A stretch of DNA of 59,064 bases, taken from Nanobdellota archaeon (GTDB lineage: Archaea; Nanobdellota; Nanobdellia; UBA10117; ARS21). The position numbers and the translations under genes are program-made. The stretch is taken from NCBI GenBank assembly GCA_014239585.1, contig JAAZYP010000002.1:1-59064 (forward strand), written 5' to 3'. Below are positions 38,266 to 48,086 of the stretch, piece by piece; within the stretch, counting starts at the first letter, position 1, and every line of letters starts with the position of its first letter. Under the pieces are notes generated by a model that worked only from the letters and a program-made list of their open reading frames with translations, was not told where the DNA came from and made no database searches.

Positions 38266-39345
38266 CTAATATTCAGTAAGTTTTTTCTCAGGAGAACGAA
38301 ATTCTATAATTGAAGAGCGACCCTTAAAACCATCACCGGTCGGACGTTGAGTGATAATTCGTTTTTTAGCAAGAGCATCTAAAATTCGTTTGAAAGTTTT
38401 TTCAGATTTTTTCCCACCACGATCAGAATAAATTTTGTAGAGTTTTCCCGTAGTTCTACCTGAGAACTCTTCACATATTTTCATAACAAAATTTTCAGTA
38501 TCATTGAAATCAGCAGAAGATTTTATTTTGAAAGCAGGCAACTTATTTATTGCAGTTTCAACATGAGTAATTGTTATTTTTTTAGAAGATTCAGATTCAG
38601 CAATCTCCCCTGAAAGTTTTAATAACGCAATTCCAAATCTTATATCTTTAAATTCAGTGGCACGGTGAGCAAGTAAATCAAGTGCATTTTCATCCCAAAC
38701 ACCTTGAAAGAATGCATATTTTACTCGCTCAGATAAAATATCTTTTGTTTCACTAAGATTATATTCTTTAAATTCAACTAATTCAGGAGTTAGTCGACTA
38801 GTTATTCTAAAATCAAGTTTGGAACCCCAATCATTTTCATTTGTTAATAATATCAATGTTTTTTTAGAAATATTTTCCAAAATATGATATAAAAAATCAT
38901 AATCATCAGCTTTATCTGCCTCATCTAACACTAAAACTAATCCATCACGTTTTTCAAGTTTTTCCAAAACGCGATTAATAATTTCATTTGTTTTTAGATT
39001 GTGTGTAAATCTAAATCCCAACTGATTTGCAATTTCAGTCATGATTTTGTAAGTAGTATTGGCTTTCCAACAATTCACAAATACTTTGGCGACACCATCT
39101 GCATCGGCAAGTTCTTCTAAATCCATCAAAACTCTTTTTGTTGAAGCAGTTTTTCCAACGCCCGATGGTCCGTGCGCAATTACAGACATACCAGATCTAT
39201 TTTGGATAATTGGTTTAATTGCAGTTGCTAAAAATCTCTGCTGTTCTTCACGATGCGGCAATAATTTAGGAACAAAATCTTGATCCAAAGCATCGGGATT
39301 AGAAAAAACTGTTTGCTCTGAACCTAAAAAATCAAAACTATTCAT
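38266..39345 (-). CDS. Orc1/Cdc6 replication initiator (copy 2)
   Basis: Walker A GPSGVGKT, Walker B VLDEADK, C-terminal winged helix. 359 aa, shorter than copy 1. Confidence 0.9.
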   Translation of the reverse strand: MNSFDFLGSEQTVFSNPDALDQDFVPKLLPHREEQQRFLATAIKPIIQNRSGMSVIAHGPSGVGKTASTKRVLMDLEELADADGVAKVFVNCWKANTTYKIMTEIANQLGFRFTHNLKTNEIINRVLEKLEKRDGLVLVLDEADKADDYDFLYHILENISKKTLILLTNENDWGSKLDFRITSRLTPELVEFKEYNLSETKDILSERVKYAFFQGVWDENALDLLAHRATEFKDIRFGIALLKLSGEIAESESSKKITITHVETAINKLPAFKIKSSADFNDTENFVMKICEEFSGRTTGKLYKIYSDRGGKKSEKTFKRILDALAKKRIITQRPTGDGFKGRSSIIEFRSPEKKLTEY

Positions 39346-39397
39346 AATATTTCTTTAAACAATAGATTTTAAGAATTTCTAACATTAGGTTTATATT

Positions 39398-40468
39398 ATG
39401 TCTGATATTAGAAAATCTATGCTTAAGAAATATACATCGTTCATAAAAAAAATAGAATCTAATGATTCAGTAGTTATTTGTTATGACCAAGACGGTGACG
39501 GAATTCCGGCAGCAGCATTGATGATTAAAGCATTGAATCGATTACATATATCGAAAATTGATTCAGTACCATTCAGGAGACATGCTCGATTAGATGTGGC
39601 TGAAGAGATATTGAAATATAATCCTAAATACGTGTTTGTGTTAGATGTTTCTGCAGAAGAATATCCCGAATTTATGTCAAAATTAACCAATACAAAAGTA
39701 ATGATTATAGATCATCATAAAACTGGAACAAAATCTGAAGCATTAATTTTAAAACCAGAAGATTTGAAATTTGAAAAATCATATCAATATCCGACTGCAA
39801 AATTAGTATATGATTTGATGTCAGAATTAGTCAATTTGGAAGATATAGCGTGGATGGTTACGGTGGGATTGATTTCAGATGCATCTGCAGATACTTGGCA
39901 CGAATTTATGCAAAAAACATTTGATGAATTCAAATTTAAACATGAAAAAGAATGGATTGATTCCACACCGGGAATCATTGCCCAAATTATTAATTCGGCA
40001 ACAAGCGTAAATCCAAAACGAACTGATGAAGCATTAAATATGTTATTAGATAAGTCCATTATCGAAATATTAAAATCAAGTTTAGCAGATTTAAATCACG
40101 ATATTAATGCCGAAATAAAAAATGTTATTTCAAATATTAAACCTGAAATATTTCATGACGGAAAATTGAATATTGTGGAATTTAAACCCAAATATGCAAT
40201 CGGAGGCGTAGTTTCAAATAAACTTTCATTTAAAGAACGTGAAAAAACATTCATTGTTATGAGTATGTACAGCGATCATGTGGAAGTATCTGCTCGAAAT
40301 CAAAACGGAAGTATTGATTGTTCTAGATTACTTAAATCTGCAGTAAAAGGTTTTACTGATGCAAATGCAGGTGGTCATAAACCTGCCGCCGGAGCTGCAT
40401 TCCAACTAGATCGTTTAGAAGATTTTAAGAAAAATTTAGAAAATAATTTTTTACTCGCTAAGCTCTGA
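39398..40468 (+). CDS. DHH/DHHA1 phosphoesterase, RecJ/GAN (Cdc45-like) family
   Basis: DQDGDG, IIDHH (DHH motif) and a C-terminal GGH (ANAGGHKPAAGA). Confidence 0.78.
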   Translation: MSDIRKSMLKKYTSFIKKIESNDSVVICYDQDGDGIPAAALMIKALNRLHISKIDSVPFRRHARLDVAEEILKYNPKYVFVLDVSAEEYPEFMSKLTNTKVMIIDHHKTGTKSEALILKPEDLKFEKSYQYPTAKLVYDLMSELVNLEDIAWMVTVGLISDASADTWHEFMQKTFDEFKFKHEKEWIDSTPGIIAQIINSATSVNPKRTDEALNMLLDKSIIEILKSSLADLNHDINAEIKNVISNIKPEIFHDGKLNIVEFKPKYAIGGVVSNKLSFKEREKTFIVMSMYSDHVEVSARNQNGSIDCSRLLKSAVKGFTDANAGGHKPAAGAAFQLDRLEDFKKNLENNFLLAKL

Positions 40469-41341
40469 GTCTACAAGAGTTTTGAAAGATTCATAAGGTT
40501 GAGCACCCGAAACTAAAATTCCATTTACAAAACTTGCAGGAGTGCCTGAAACACCAGAAGCTTGACCTTCAACCATATCTACAGCAACCTTTTCAGAATA
40601 TTTTCCTGAATCTAAACAAGTATTAAATGCAGTTGTATCGCTAACAACGCTTCTTGCCCAAGTTTTGATATCGCTTGCAGTGTATTGAATAGTACCTTGA
40701 CCTTGTTTTTCTTGTTCATCAAATATTTTATCGTGCATCTCGACCCATTTGTCTTGTTCATTTGCACATTCTACTGCTTCAGCAGATTTTTGTGCAGCCG
40801 GATGAAATGAAAGAGGAAAATGTTTGTACACAAAGTAAACTTTACCTGTGTCGATATAATTTGTTTTTAGATCTTGAACCGTAGCAGTATAAAATTTTCG
40901 ACAGAATGGACATTGAAAGTCAGAGAATTCAATAACCGTAACTGGCGCATTTGGATCACCCATCGAAAGTTCTGAACCATCTAATTCAAATTCTTCTCGC
41001 GAAGGCGCAACAGATTCAGTAGAACCGTCTGTTTCGTAAGCAGTACCTACAACCATTATTTTACCATCTTTAGTCAAATAAACTTCTGCAGTTTGATGAG
41101 GATGATCAATATGCCCAACATCTAAGGTTACTTTGTAAATTCCATTTTCAAAAGTAACATCTGTTGCGCTTGCAATAAGACCTTGAGATGCAACGATCGA
41201 ACTAACTTGATTTTCGGCAATAGCCATTGCGTTATTTGATGAAATTGTTCCGGATAGAAAAATAATTACTGCAAATATACCAAATAAAAATTTAACTCCT
41301 TTATCCAATTGTTTAGGTTTTGTGGTCTTTTTTGGGCTCAT
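40451..41341 (-). CDS. secreted DsbA-like thiol:disulfide oxidoreductase
   Basis: N-terminal TM/signal segment. Thioredoxin-fold CPFC active site (FSDFQCPFCRKF). Confidence 0.8.
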   Translation of the reverse strand: MSPKKTTKPKQLDKGVKFLFGIFAVIIFLSGTISSNNAMAIAENQVSSIVASQGLIASATDVTFENGIYKVTLDVGHIDHPHQTAEVYLTKDGKIMVVGTAYETDGSTESVAPSREEFELDGSELSMGDPNAPVTVIEFSDFQCPFCRKFYTATVQDLKTNYIDTGKVYFVYKHFPLSFHPAAQKSAEAVECANEQDKWVEMHDKIFDEQEKQGQGTIQYTASDIKTWARSVVSDTTAFNTCLDSGKYSEKVAVDMVEGQASGVSGTPASFVNGILVSGAQPYESFKTLVDSELSE

Positions 41342-41361
41342 CTACTCAATTAAAATTTTGA

Positions 41362-41877
41362 TTATATAAGATTTGTGTAACTTTGAACAAATAAGATCAT
41401 TCCTGCAGAATAAGCAATCACTGAAATAACTTTCTCAGAAAAGGAACCTGTTGTAATTGGTCCTCGAAATGTGTGATGTGAAAATGGCCAAAAAGGTCTA
41501 ACTCCGTGAGGTGTTAAAGCATCAGTAAGTAAATGAACGGCATATCCGATAAAGAACCATCCTGCCAACATTAAATTCCAATTTAATTTTGATAAAATTA
41601 CTGCCATTACAAACATAGCAAGAATTCCAGTTGTGAATGAATGAACTATCCCTCGATGTTTACTAAATATTGAAGTAATATGATGTGCAAAAGGTGAATG
41701 TCTGCTGATTTTTGAGTGTGGTGAATCGATATCTGGAACCATCAATCCAAATAAATAGAAAATTGTTGCAGCAACTGTCGGTACCGCAAGAGTCCCTAAA
41801 AATGGAATTGAAATTGATTTAGTGATTAATATTGCAAAAACTAATAGACCAATACTGAAGTGTGTTTTTAGTAACAT
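41362..41877 (-). CDS. membrane-bound metal-dependent hydrolase (YdjM/DUF457-like)
   Basis: MLLKTHFSIGLL start. Conserved His/Asp positions (PDIDSPHS, HRGIVHS, HLLTDALTPHG) in a 4-TM scaffold. Confidence 0.7.
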   Translation of the reverse strand: MLLKTHFSIGLLVFAILITKSISIPFLGTLAVPTVAATIFYLFGLMVPDIDSPHSKISRHSPFAHHITSIFSKHRGIVHSFTTGILAMFVMAVILSKLNWNLMLAGWFFIGYAVHLLTDALTPHGVRPFWPFSHHTFRGPITTGSFSEKVISVIAYSAGMILFVQSYTNLI

Positions 41878-41921
41878 AATATATTAAGAACGTTTTTAAA
41901 TTTAATAATTACTATTTATTT

Positions 41922-42758
41922 ATGCTAAATCATTTCAAAACAGCAATATTGTTGGGAACTCTCGGCGGAGTTTTATTAGTTATCGGAGCATTACTTGGCG
42001 GACAACAAGGAATGACTATAGCATTAATTTTTGCAATAATCACAAACTTTGGAGCATATTGGTATTCTGATAAATTCGTACTTCGAATGTATCGTGCAAA
42101 AGAACTTTCAGTTTCAGATTATCCACGAGTTCATCAAATTTTGAATGGGTTATGTAAGAAAAATAAAATGATTAAACCTGAATTATACCTAATTCCGTCC
42201 AAAAATCCAAATGCATTTGCAACAGGTCGAAATGAAGCACATGCAGTTATTGGAGTCACCGAAGGAATCATCGATCTATTGACTGAAAAAGAATTGAAAG
42301 GAGTTTTGGCTCACGAACTTGCACACATTAAGAATAAAGATATGTTGATTGGTTCGGTTGCAGCAACAATTGCAACCACAATTTCATTTATTGCAACAAT
42401 GGCGAGATGGTCAGCAATTTTCGGCAGCCGAGACAGAAACGGAAATATATTTTCATTATTGATCATTTCAATAATTACTCCGATTGTTGCAGCAGTTATT
42501 CAAATGGCAATCAGTAGAAGCAGAGAATTTCAAGCAGATAAAATTGGCGCCAAATTGGCGCAAGATGCAAAAGGATTAGCATCCGCATTGAAGAAATTGG
42601 AACAAGCCGGAAAAGGGTTTCCTATGAGATTCGGATCAGAAGCAAGTGCACATCTATTTATTTCCAACCCATTTAAGAGTAGAAACATGCTTAAATTATT
42701 TTCAACTCATCCATCAACAGAAGAAAGATTGAAGCGATTAGCCAAAATCAAGTTATAA
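41922..42758 (+). CDS. htpX: HtpX-family M48 zinc metalloprotease
   Basis: HELAHIKN zinc motif, downstream EFQAD, and four TM segments. Confidence 0.93.
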   Translation: MLNHFKTAILLGTLGGVLLVIGALLGGQQGMTIALIFAIITNFGAYWYSDKFVLRMYRAKELSVSDYPRVHQILNGLCKKNKMIKPELYLIPSKNPNAFATGRNEAHAVIGVTEGIIDLLTEKELKGVLAHELAHIKNKDMLIGSVAATIATTISFIATMARWSAIFGSRDRNGNIFSLLIISIITPIVAAVIQMAISRSREFQADKIGAKLAQDAKGLASALKKLEQAGKGFPMRFGSEASAHLFISNPFKSRNMLKLFSTHPSTEERLKRLAKIKL

Positions 42759-42794
42759 CACTAACCTTTTAAACAAAATAAATGGAATCTTAAT

Positions 42795-43475
42795 ATGTCA
42801 ATCAAATCAAGATTCTGTCCGGAATGCGGAAAAGAATCAGATAAATTAATCGAAAGTTTATGTATTTCGTGTTATTCAGTTAAACCAAATGTACGATTAC
42901 CAAAACAAAAGAACGTATTATTTTGTGTTAAATGTGAACAAGTTCTGAACAAAGGATTTTGGATGAAAGGTATAAAATCTGCAGAAGATATACTTGAAGA
43001 AAGAATTACAAAATCATTGGTTTTACCTCACGCAGAACAATTAATTTCAGTAAAAATTACTGAGATGGGTGAAGAAGGTAAGTTAAAGGTAGTTAGTAAG
43101 CGAGACGGAGAAACACTAACTCGAGAAGTTGAGGGGAAATTTGAAATCAAAAAATATTGTTGTCCAGCATGTTCGCGAGAATCAGGTGTAGATTATTTAG
43201 CAAAATTACAATTAAGATCTTCAGTAAACCCTGAACATTTTGTAGAAGAATCATTAAGATATATCAAATTTTCAAATCCAAAAATTGCAAAAGTAGATAA
43301 TGTGTTACACGGAGCAGATATTTATTTAGTAAATGCTCAAATTGCTCGGCAAGCAGCACGGAGAATAAAGAAGCAATTTGATTGTTTAATTAAATCAAGT
43401 TATCGTAATTATGGTTGGGATAAACAAAAAGATAGACCGAAAAGACGTATAACAATACTTTTAAAACAAAAATAG
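42795..43475 (+). CDS. NMD3-like zinc-ribbon protein
   Basis: CPECGK...CISCY plus CVKCEQ...W and a later CCPACS cluster. This matches the N-terminal architecture of archaeal NMD3 homologues. Confidence 0.6.
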   Translation: MSIKSRFCPECGKESDKLIESLCISCYSVKPNVRLPKQKNVLFCVKCEQVLNKGFWMKGIKSAEDILEERITKSLVLPHAEQLISVKITEMGEEGKLKVVSKRDGETLTREVEGKFEIKKYCCPACSRESGVDYLAKLQLRSSVNPEHFVEESLRYIKFSNPKIAKVDNVLHGADIYLVNAQIARQAARRIKKQFDCLIKSSYRNYGWDKQKDRPKRRITILLKQK

Positions 43476-43486
43476 GGAGTTAAAAT

Positions 43487-43840
43487 ATGGTTCAATCAAA
43501 AAAGAAGAACAAGAAACGAGGACGTCATGCATATGACAAAACTGATGAAGGAAAAGTTCGTCTTCCGAAAGGAAACGAAATGTTCGGAATCGTAGATACT
43601 CGTCTCGGAATGGGAAAATCCCGAATTCGATGTGCCGACGGAAAAGAAAGATTAGGAAGAATTCCTGGCGCACTAAAACGAAGATTATGGGTTAGACCAG
43701 GAAATATTGTAATTATCGAACCTTGGGAATATGAAGGCGATCGAAAAGGAAATATTTTGTTCAACTATAAACCAATTCAAGTTAAATGGTTAAAAGAAAA
43801 AGGTCATTTGAAAGACTTACTTGAAGCCGAAGAATTCTAA
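43487..43840 (+). CDS. translation initiation factor aIF-1A
   Basis: S1-like OB (GRIPGALKRRLWVRPGNIVIIEPWEYEGDRKGNILFNY) after a basic N-tail. Confidence 0.9.
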   Translation: MVQSKKKNKKRGRHAYDKTDEGKVRLPKGNEMFGIVDTRLGMGKSRIRCADGKERLGRIPGALKRRLWVRPGNIVIIEPWEYEGDRKGNILFNYKPIQVKWLKEKGHLKDLLEAEEF

Positions 43841-44328
43841 TGGATTACATAAATATACCTGAAGACAGAGTTTCAGTTTTAATTGGACCAAAAGGAACAA
43901 CTAAACGACGAATCGAGAAACTCGGAGCGTCAAAATTACGAATATCAAATAGCGGAAACGTATCTATTGAAGGTGAAAACATAACTACAAAATCAGTTGT
44001 AGAAGCAATTGGTCGAGGATTCAACCCTCGAACTGCAATGAAACTATTTGATGATGAATATTTATTTGAGATTATTGAATTAACAGATTATTCTGATTCA
44101 AAAAGCCGATTAGGCGTTATTCGGGCAAGAGTAATTGGCAGAGAAGGAACAGTACGAAAGTCAATAGAAATTCAAACAGGCGTAAATTTAGCAATTAAAG
44201 GCAAAACAGTATCGATTATCGGAAAGGCCGAAGCAGTTTATTTGGCACGAAGATCGGTAGAAATGATTCTTGCAGGCAGTCAACATGGTTCTTCGTTTAG
44301 ATGGCTAAAAGACCGACTGAGTGATTAG
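43840..44328 (+). CDS. KH-domain RNA-binding protein (Pno1/Dim2-like)
   Basis: Two KH GXXG loops (LIGPKGTTKRRIE, VIGREGTVRKSIE). ATGx overlap with aIF-1A, a conserved archaeal neighbourhood. Confidence 0.8.
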   Translation: MDYINIPEDRVSVLIGPKGTTKRRIEKLGASKLRISNSGNVSIEGENITTKSVVEAIGRGFNPRTAMKLFDDEYLFEIIELTDYSDSKSRLGVIRARVIGREGTVRKSIEIQTGVNLAIKGKTVSIIGKAEAVYLARRSVEMILAGSQHGSSFRWLKDRLSD

Positions 44329-44425
44329 TTTTTCTAATAAAAAATTATCAAGATTTTTAATAGTTAGATAGTAAAATCTCGGACAAAAGAGAAATCTTTT
44401 TAAGAAAAGCGCATTTAATGCCGTC

Positions 44426-46030
44426 ATGGCTGATACCAATCACAAACAAGTATCTGTTGCAGAATTTTTCGAAAAAAATAGACACTTATTAGGGTTCAAT
44501 AATCCAGCTAAAGCACTTTTAACTTCAGTAAAGGAGGCAGTAGACAATTCATTGGATGCTTGCGAATCAGCAAAAATTTTACCAGAAATTTTTGTCAAAA
44601 TTCAAGAAATGGGCGAAAATAGGTATAAATTAATTGTTGAAGATAATGGACCTGGATTACCAAAGAAAGTTTTAGCAAAAGCGTTCGGTTCATTGCTTTT
44701 CGGTTCCAAATTCCGTTCAACTGGAGGAAAACAAGGAAGAGGACAGCAGGGAATTGGTATTTCTGCAGTAATCATGTATGGACAATTAACAACAGGTAAA
44801 CCTGCAATAATTATTTCAAAGACTGCAAAAGAGAAACAAGCACGTCATCACAAATTACATATCGATATCAAAACAAATGAGCCAGATATAGTCGAATCCA
44901 CATCAAAAGATTGGACGAAGGATCACGGAACTCGAATTGAAGTGATTATGGAAGGAAAAATAACAAAGGCAAAACAATCTCCTTACGAATTTATTAAACA
45001 AACTGCAGTTGTAAATCCTCATGCAGATATGGAATATATCGATCACGAGGGAAAGAAACACAAATTTCCGCGAGTATCAAATAAACTTCCAAAGGCAGCA
45101 AAAGAACAAAAACCACATCCTCACGGAGTGGAATTCGGAATTTTCAAACGTATGTCGAAGTCAACATCTGCACGTTCAGTAAAGAGTTTCTTAACAAAAG
45201 ATTTTGATAAAGTTGGTTCAGGAACAGCAAATGCAATATTGAAAGCAGCAGAAATTGATGGCAGAACCATGCCAAAATTATTAGATGATGATCAAATCCA
45301 TTCAATTCACAAATCCATTGCTGAAGCAAAAATTATGAATCCGAGTACGGATTGTTTAAGTCCAATTGGAAATGAAGCATTAGCGAAAAGTTTAGAATCA
45401 GAATATGATTTAGAATTTGTTAAATCAGTAACACGTAGACCTACAGTTTATCGAGGATTCCCATTTCAAGTTGAAGTTGCAATCGGATACGGCGGAGAAT
45501 TAGATGCAGAAGGTTCAGTAACAATGAATCGATTTGCAAATAAAGTTCCGTTATTATATGAAGAAGGTTCATGTGCCATAACAAAAGCAATTAAGGGAAT
45601 TTCGTGGAGAAGTTACGGTTTAAGTAATTCGTCGGGAAGTATGCCGACAGGACCAGCAATTATTGTAGTACATATCGCATCTGTTTGGGTACCATTCACC
45701 TCTGAAAGTAAAGCGGCAGTTTCAAATTATCCAAATATTTCTAAAGAACTCAAATTGGCTATTCAAGAATGTGCACGAAGTTTACAACAATATGTAAAAC
45801 GAAAACAAAGAGCTGGACTTGAAGAAGAAAAGAGAAAGAAATTTAGAGGATATTCTAGCGAAGTTGCAATCGCAGTAGCAAAATTAATTTCAAACGAATC
45901 ATATAAAATTGCAAAGAAAGACATAGATAAAACTGCAGAACCAATTCAAGAGAAGTTATTAGCAACTGCTGAAACTATGTACGCATCAGGAAAAGAGATA
46001 GACGAAGGAGAAGAAGAAAATGACGAATAG
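44426..46030 (+). CDS. top6B: DNA topoisomerase VI subunit B
   Basis: Bergerat/GHKL motifs (EAVDNSLDA, DNGPG, GQQGIG) and a transducer domain. Confidence 0.95.
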   Translation: MADTNHKQVSVAEFFEKNRHLLGFNNPAKALLTSVKEAVDNSLDACESAKILPEIFVKIQEMGENRYKLIVEDNGPGLPKKVLAKAFGSLLFGSKFRSTGGKQGRGQQGIGISAVIMYGQLTTGKPAIIISKTAKEKQARHHKLHIDIKTNEPDIVESTSKDWTKDHGTRIEVIMEGKITKAKQSPYEFIKQTAVVNPHADMEYIDHEGKKHKFPRVSNKLPKAAKEQKPHPHGVEFGIFKRMSKSTSARSVKSFLTKDFDKVGSGTANAILKAAEIDGRTMPKLLDDDQIHSIHKSIAEAKIMNPSTDCLSPIGNEALAKSLESEYDLEFVKSVTRRPTVYRGFPFQVEVAIGYGGELDAEGSVTMNRFANKVPLLYEEGSCAITKAIKGISWRSYGLSNSSGSMPTGPAIIVVHIASVWVPFTSESKAAVSNYPNISKELKLAIQECARSLQQYVKRKQRAGLEEEKRKKFRGYSSEVAIAVAKLISNESYKIAKKDIDKTAEPIQEKLLATAETMYASGKEIDEGEEENDE

Positions 46031-47123
46031 TAAAAAAGATATTATTGCAAAATTGAAAAAAATTGGAGAACAATTAGAAAAAACAATCAAGGAAAATGAC
46101 AATCCTGAAATTACAATGCCAGTTAGAACATTAACAAATGCATATTTTGATGAGAAGGATAAATTGATTCGATTGGGAGATAAAAGACAATCCCGAACTT
46201 TCTTCAATGTTGGACAATCCCGAAAATTCATGCAAACAGTTTTGATTGCAGCACAAATTAAAGAATTACTTGAACAAGATAAACCATCAATTTCAACAAG
46301 ACAACTTTACTATATTTTGAAACACACTATTGAGGGTTTGAAGGAAAACACTTTCGAAGACCAAGCTGAATCAGATCCAGTAATTGAAGATTTAGAGGTT
46401 GCAGCAGATTCATTAAGAGAAGAACTTGGTTTGGAACCAACTCCAAAGGGAGTATTTTGTGGACCAATTACTTACAAAGATGTACGAACGGGCGATGAAA
46501 TTAATTGTAGAAAAATGGGCACTGCGGGAGCAGCAATTCCTGCAAATGTTGAACCAACTGCCATGGAATTTCAAAAATCTGAAGCAAAATTTGTTTTAGT
46601 TGTGGAAAAGTTTGCAGTTTGGAATATTTTGAATCAGATGAAATTCTGGGACAAACACAAATGTATTTTATTAACCGGAAAAGGCCAAGGTGAAAGATCC
46701 GCCCGAAGATTAGTTTCACGTTTAAACAAAGAATTGAAACTTCCAGTTTATGTGTTCTGTGATTTCGATCCATACGGATATTATATTTATTCAGTTTACA
46801 AACAAGGATCTATCAATTTGGCACACTTCTCAGAAAGAGCAGGATGTCCAGATGCCAAATATATTGGTCTAAAATATGATGATATTGAAAAATATAAGAT
46901 TCCAAAAACAAATTGGATCAAGATGAATGACCAAGATATGAAGCGATTGAAAGAAATCCAAAACTATGATTGGTTCAAGAAAAAAGAGTGGCAAAAAGAA
47001 ATTGAAAAAGTTAAGAAGTGGGGATGGAAGGTAGAATCTGATTCATTAGTATCTTTAGGAATTGAATTTATGGGCGAAAAATATTTACCGAGAGTCATCA
47101 AAGAAGCCGATTTTTTAGATTAA
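46020..47123 (+). CDS. top6A: DNA topoisomerase VI subunit A (Spo11-like)
   Basis: Catalytic Tyr context TRQLYYIL. TOPRIM VVEKFAV...CDFDPYG. Overlaps top6B by 11 nt. Confidence 0.95.
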   Translation: MTNSKKDIIAKLKKIGEQLEKTIKENDNPEITMPVRTLTNAYFDEKDKLIRLGDKRQSRTFFNVGQSRKFMQTVLIAAQIKELLEQDKPSISTRQLYYILKHTIEGLKENTFEDQAESDPVIEDLEVAADSLREELGLEPTPKGVFCGPITYKDVRTGDEINCRKMGTAGAAIPANVEPTAMEFQKSEAKFVLVVEKFAVWNILNQMKFWDKHKCILLTGKGQGERSARRLVSRLNKELKLPVYVFCDFDPYGYYIYSVYKQGSINLAHFSERAGCPDAKYIGLKYDDIEKYKIPKTNWIKMNDQDMKRLKEIQNYDWFKKKEWQKEIEKVKKWGWKVESDSLVSLGIEFMGEKYLPRVIKEADFLD

Positions 47124-47153
47124 GTTTATATACTTAAAAAAATATTATATTTT

Positions 47154-47636
47154 ATGAATCCGATGAATTGGTTTTATATTACGGCACTTGCATGGATTTT
47201 AGCAGCAGCAAAATTACATCTAACAGTTGTTGAAACAATTGTAGCATTTTTTGCAACATGGACATTCATCAAATTGATATTACTTACTCAAGATAGGAAA
47301 GGATATATGAACTGGGCAAAAACTTTGTTCAACGGAAATAAATTAGGTGGTTTCATAAATTTTTACAAGTATCTTACCCTTCTGTTTTTCGGTGCTATAG
47401 CATATAGTTTAATACCTAGCATCGGTATTGTCAAGTTCTTCGCAGGAGTTATTGCAGGAGTTATGTTATATGCTCACACTCTGATGCATTATCCAAAAGT
47501 AATGGGAGTATACATTCAACAATTTAAAGGAAAAAATTCAATGTCAAAAATTGCATTTGATTGGATGATATGGCTAGTATTAGGCGGATGGGTTCTTTAC
47601 GAAATAATAACGGACTGCGGATGCCACCCTTTCTAG
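47154..47636 (+). CDS. polytopic membrane protein (hypothetical, paralogue A)
   Basis: 160 aa, 4-5 TM. Shares a G-x-M-L-Y-[AG]-H-[ST]-x-x-H-[YF]-P-K motif with the next ORF. Confidence 0.5.
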   Translation: MNPMNWFYITALAWILAAAKLHLTVVETIVAFFATWTFIKLILLTQDRKGYMNWAKTLFNGNKLGGFINFYKYLTLLFFGAIAYSLIPSIGIVKFFAGVIAGVMLYAHTLMHYPKVMGVYIQQFKGKNSMSKIAFDWMIWLVLGGWVLYEIITDCGCHPF

Positions 47637-47670
47637 AAACATTTTAATATAATTTGAACTTAATATCAAT

Positions 47671-48045
47671 ATGGCTTATTCATTAGTTAATGGTTTAGCA
47701 TTAGTTATGTCTGTAGCAATAATTTTGAAGATGTCACTATTTTATGTTGAACCAAAATCATTTTACAAATATGCCAGAGTTTATTTGGAAGATCATCGAT
47801 TAAGAAAATTGTATTTGATAATCTTTTTTGTTTTGTTTTATTTTTTAATGAAAGAAATGTCAATTTTACAATTCGCAGCAGCTTTCTTAGTTGGAGGAAT
47901 GTTATATGGTCACTCATTTGCTCATTTTCCAAAAGAGATGATGGCAATTACTAAGAAAGTTTATCAAAATAAAGAAATCTATTTATTTGATAATTTAATT
48001 TATCTAGCGTTAGCGTTCTGGACACTAAAGGCATTATTGGCATAA
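47671..48045 (+). CDS. polytopic membrane protein (hypothetical, paralogue B)
   Basis: 124 aa. GGMLYGHSFAHFPKEM matches GVMLYAHTLMHYPKVM in the upstream ORF. Confidence 0.5.
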   Translation: MAYSLVNGLALVMSVAIILKMSLFYVEPKSFYKYARVYLEDHRLRKLYLIIFFVLFYFLMKEMSILQFAAAFLVGGMLYGHSFAHFPKEMMAITKKVYQNKEIYLFDNLIYLALAFWTLKALLA

Positions 48046-48086
48046 TTTTTCAGTAAATTTTTAATGAAGTATGGTTTCAAGACCAT

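Noticed and set aside
43461-43764. Two minus-strand ORFs (43461-43673, 43525-43764)
   Set aside because: Both are antisense to the clearly identifiable aIF-1A gene.
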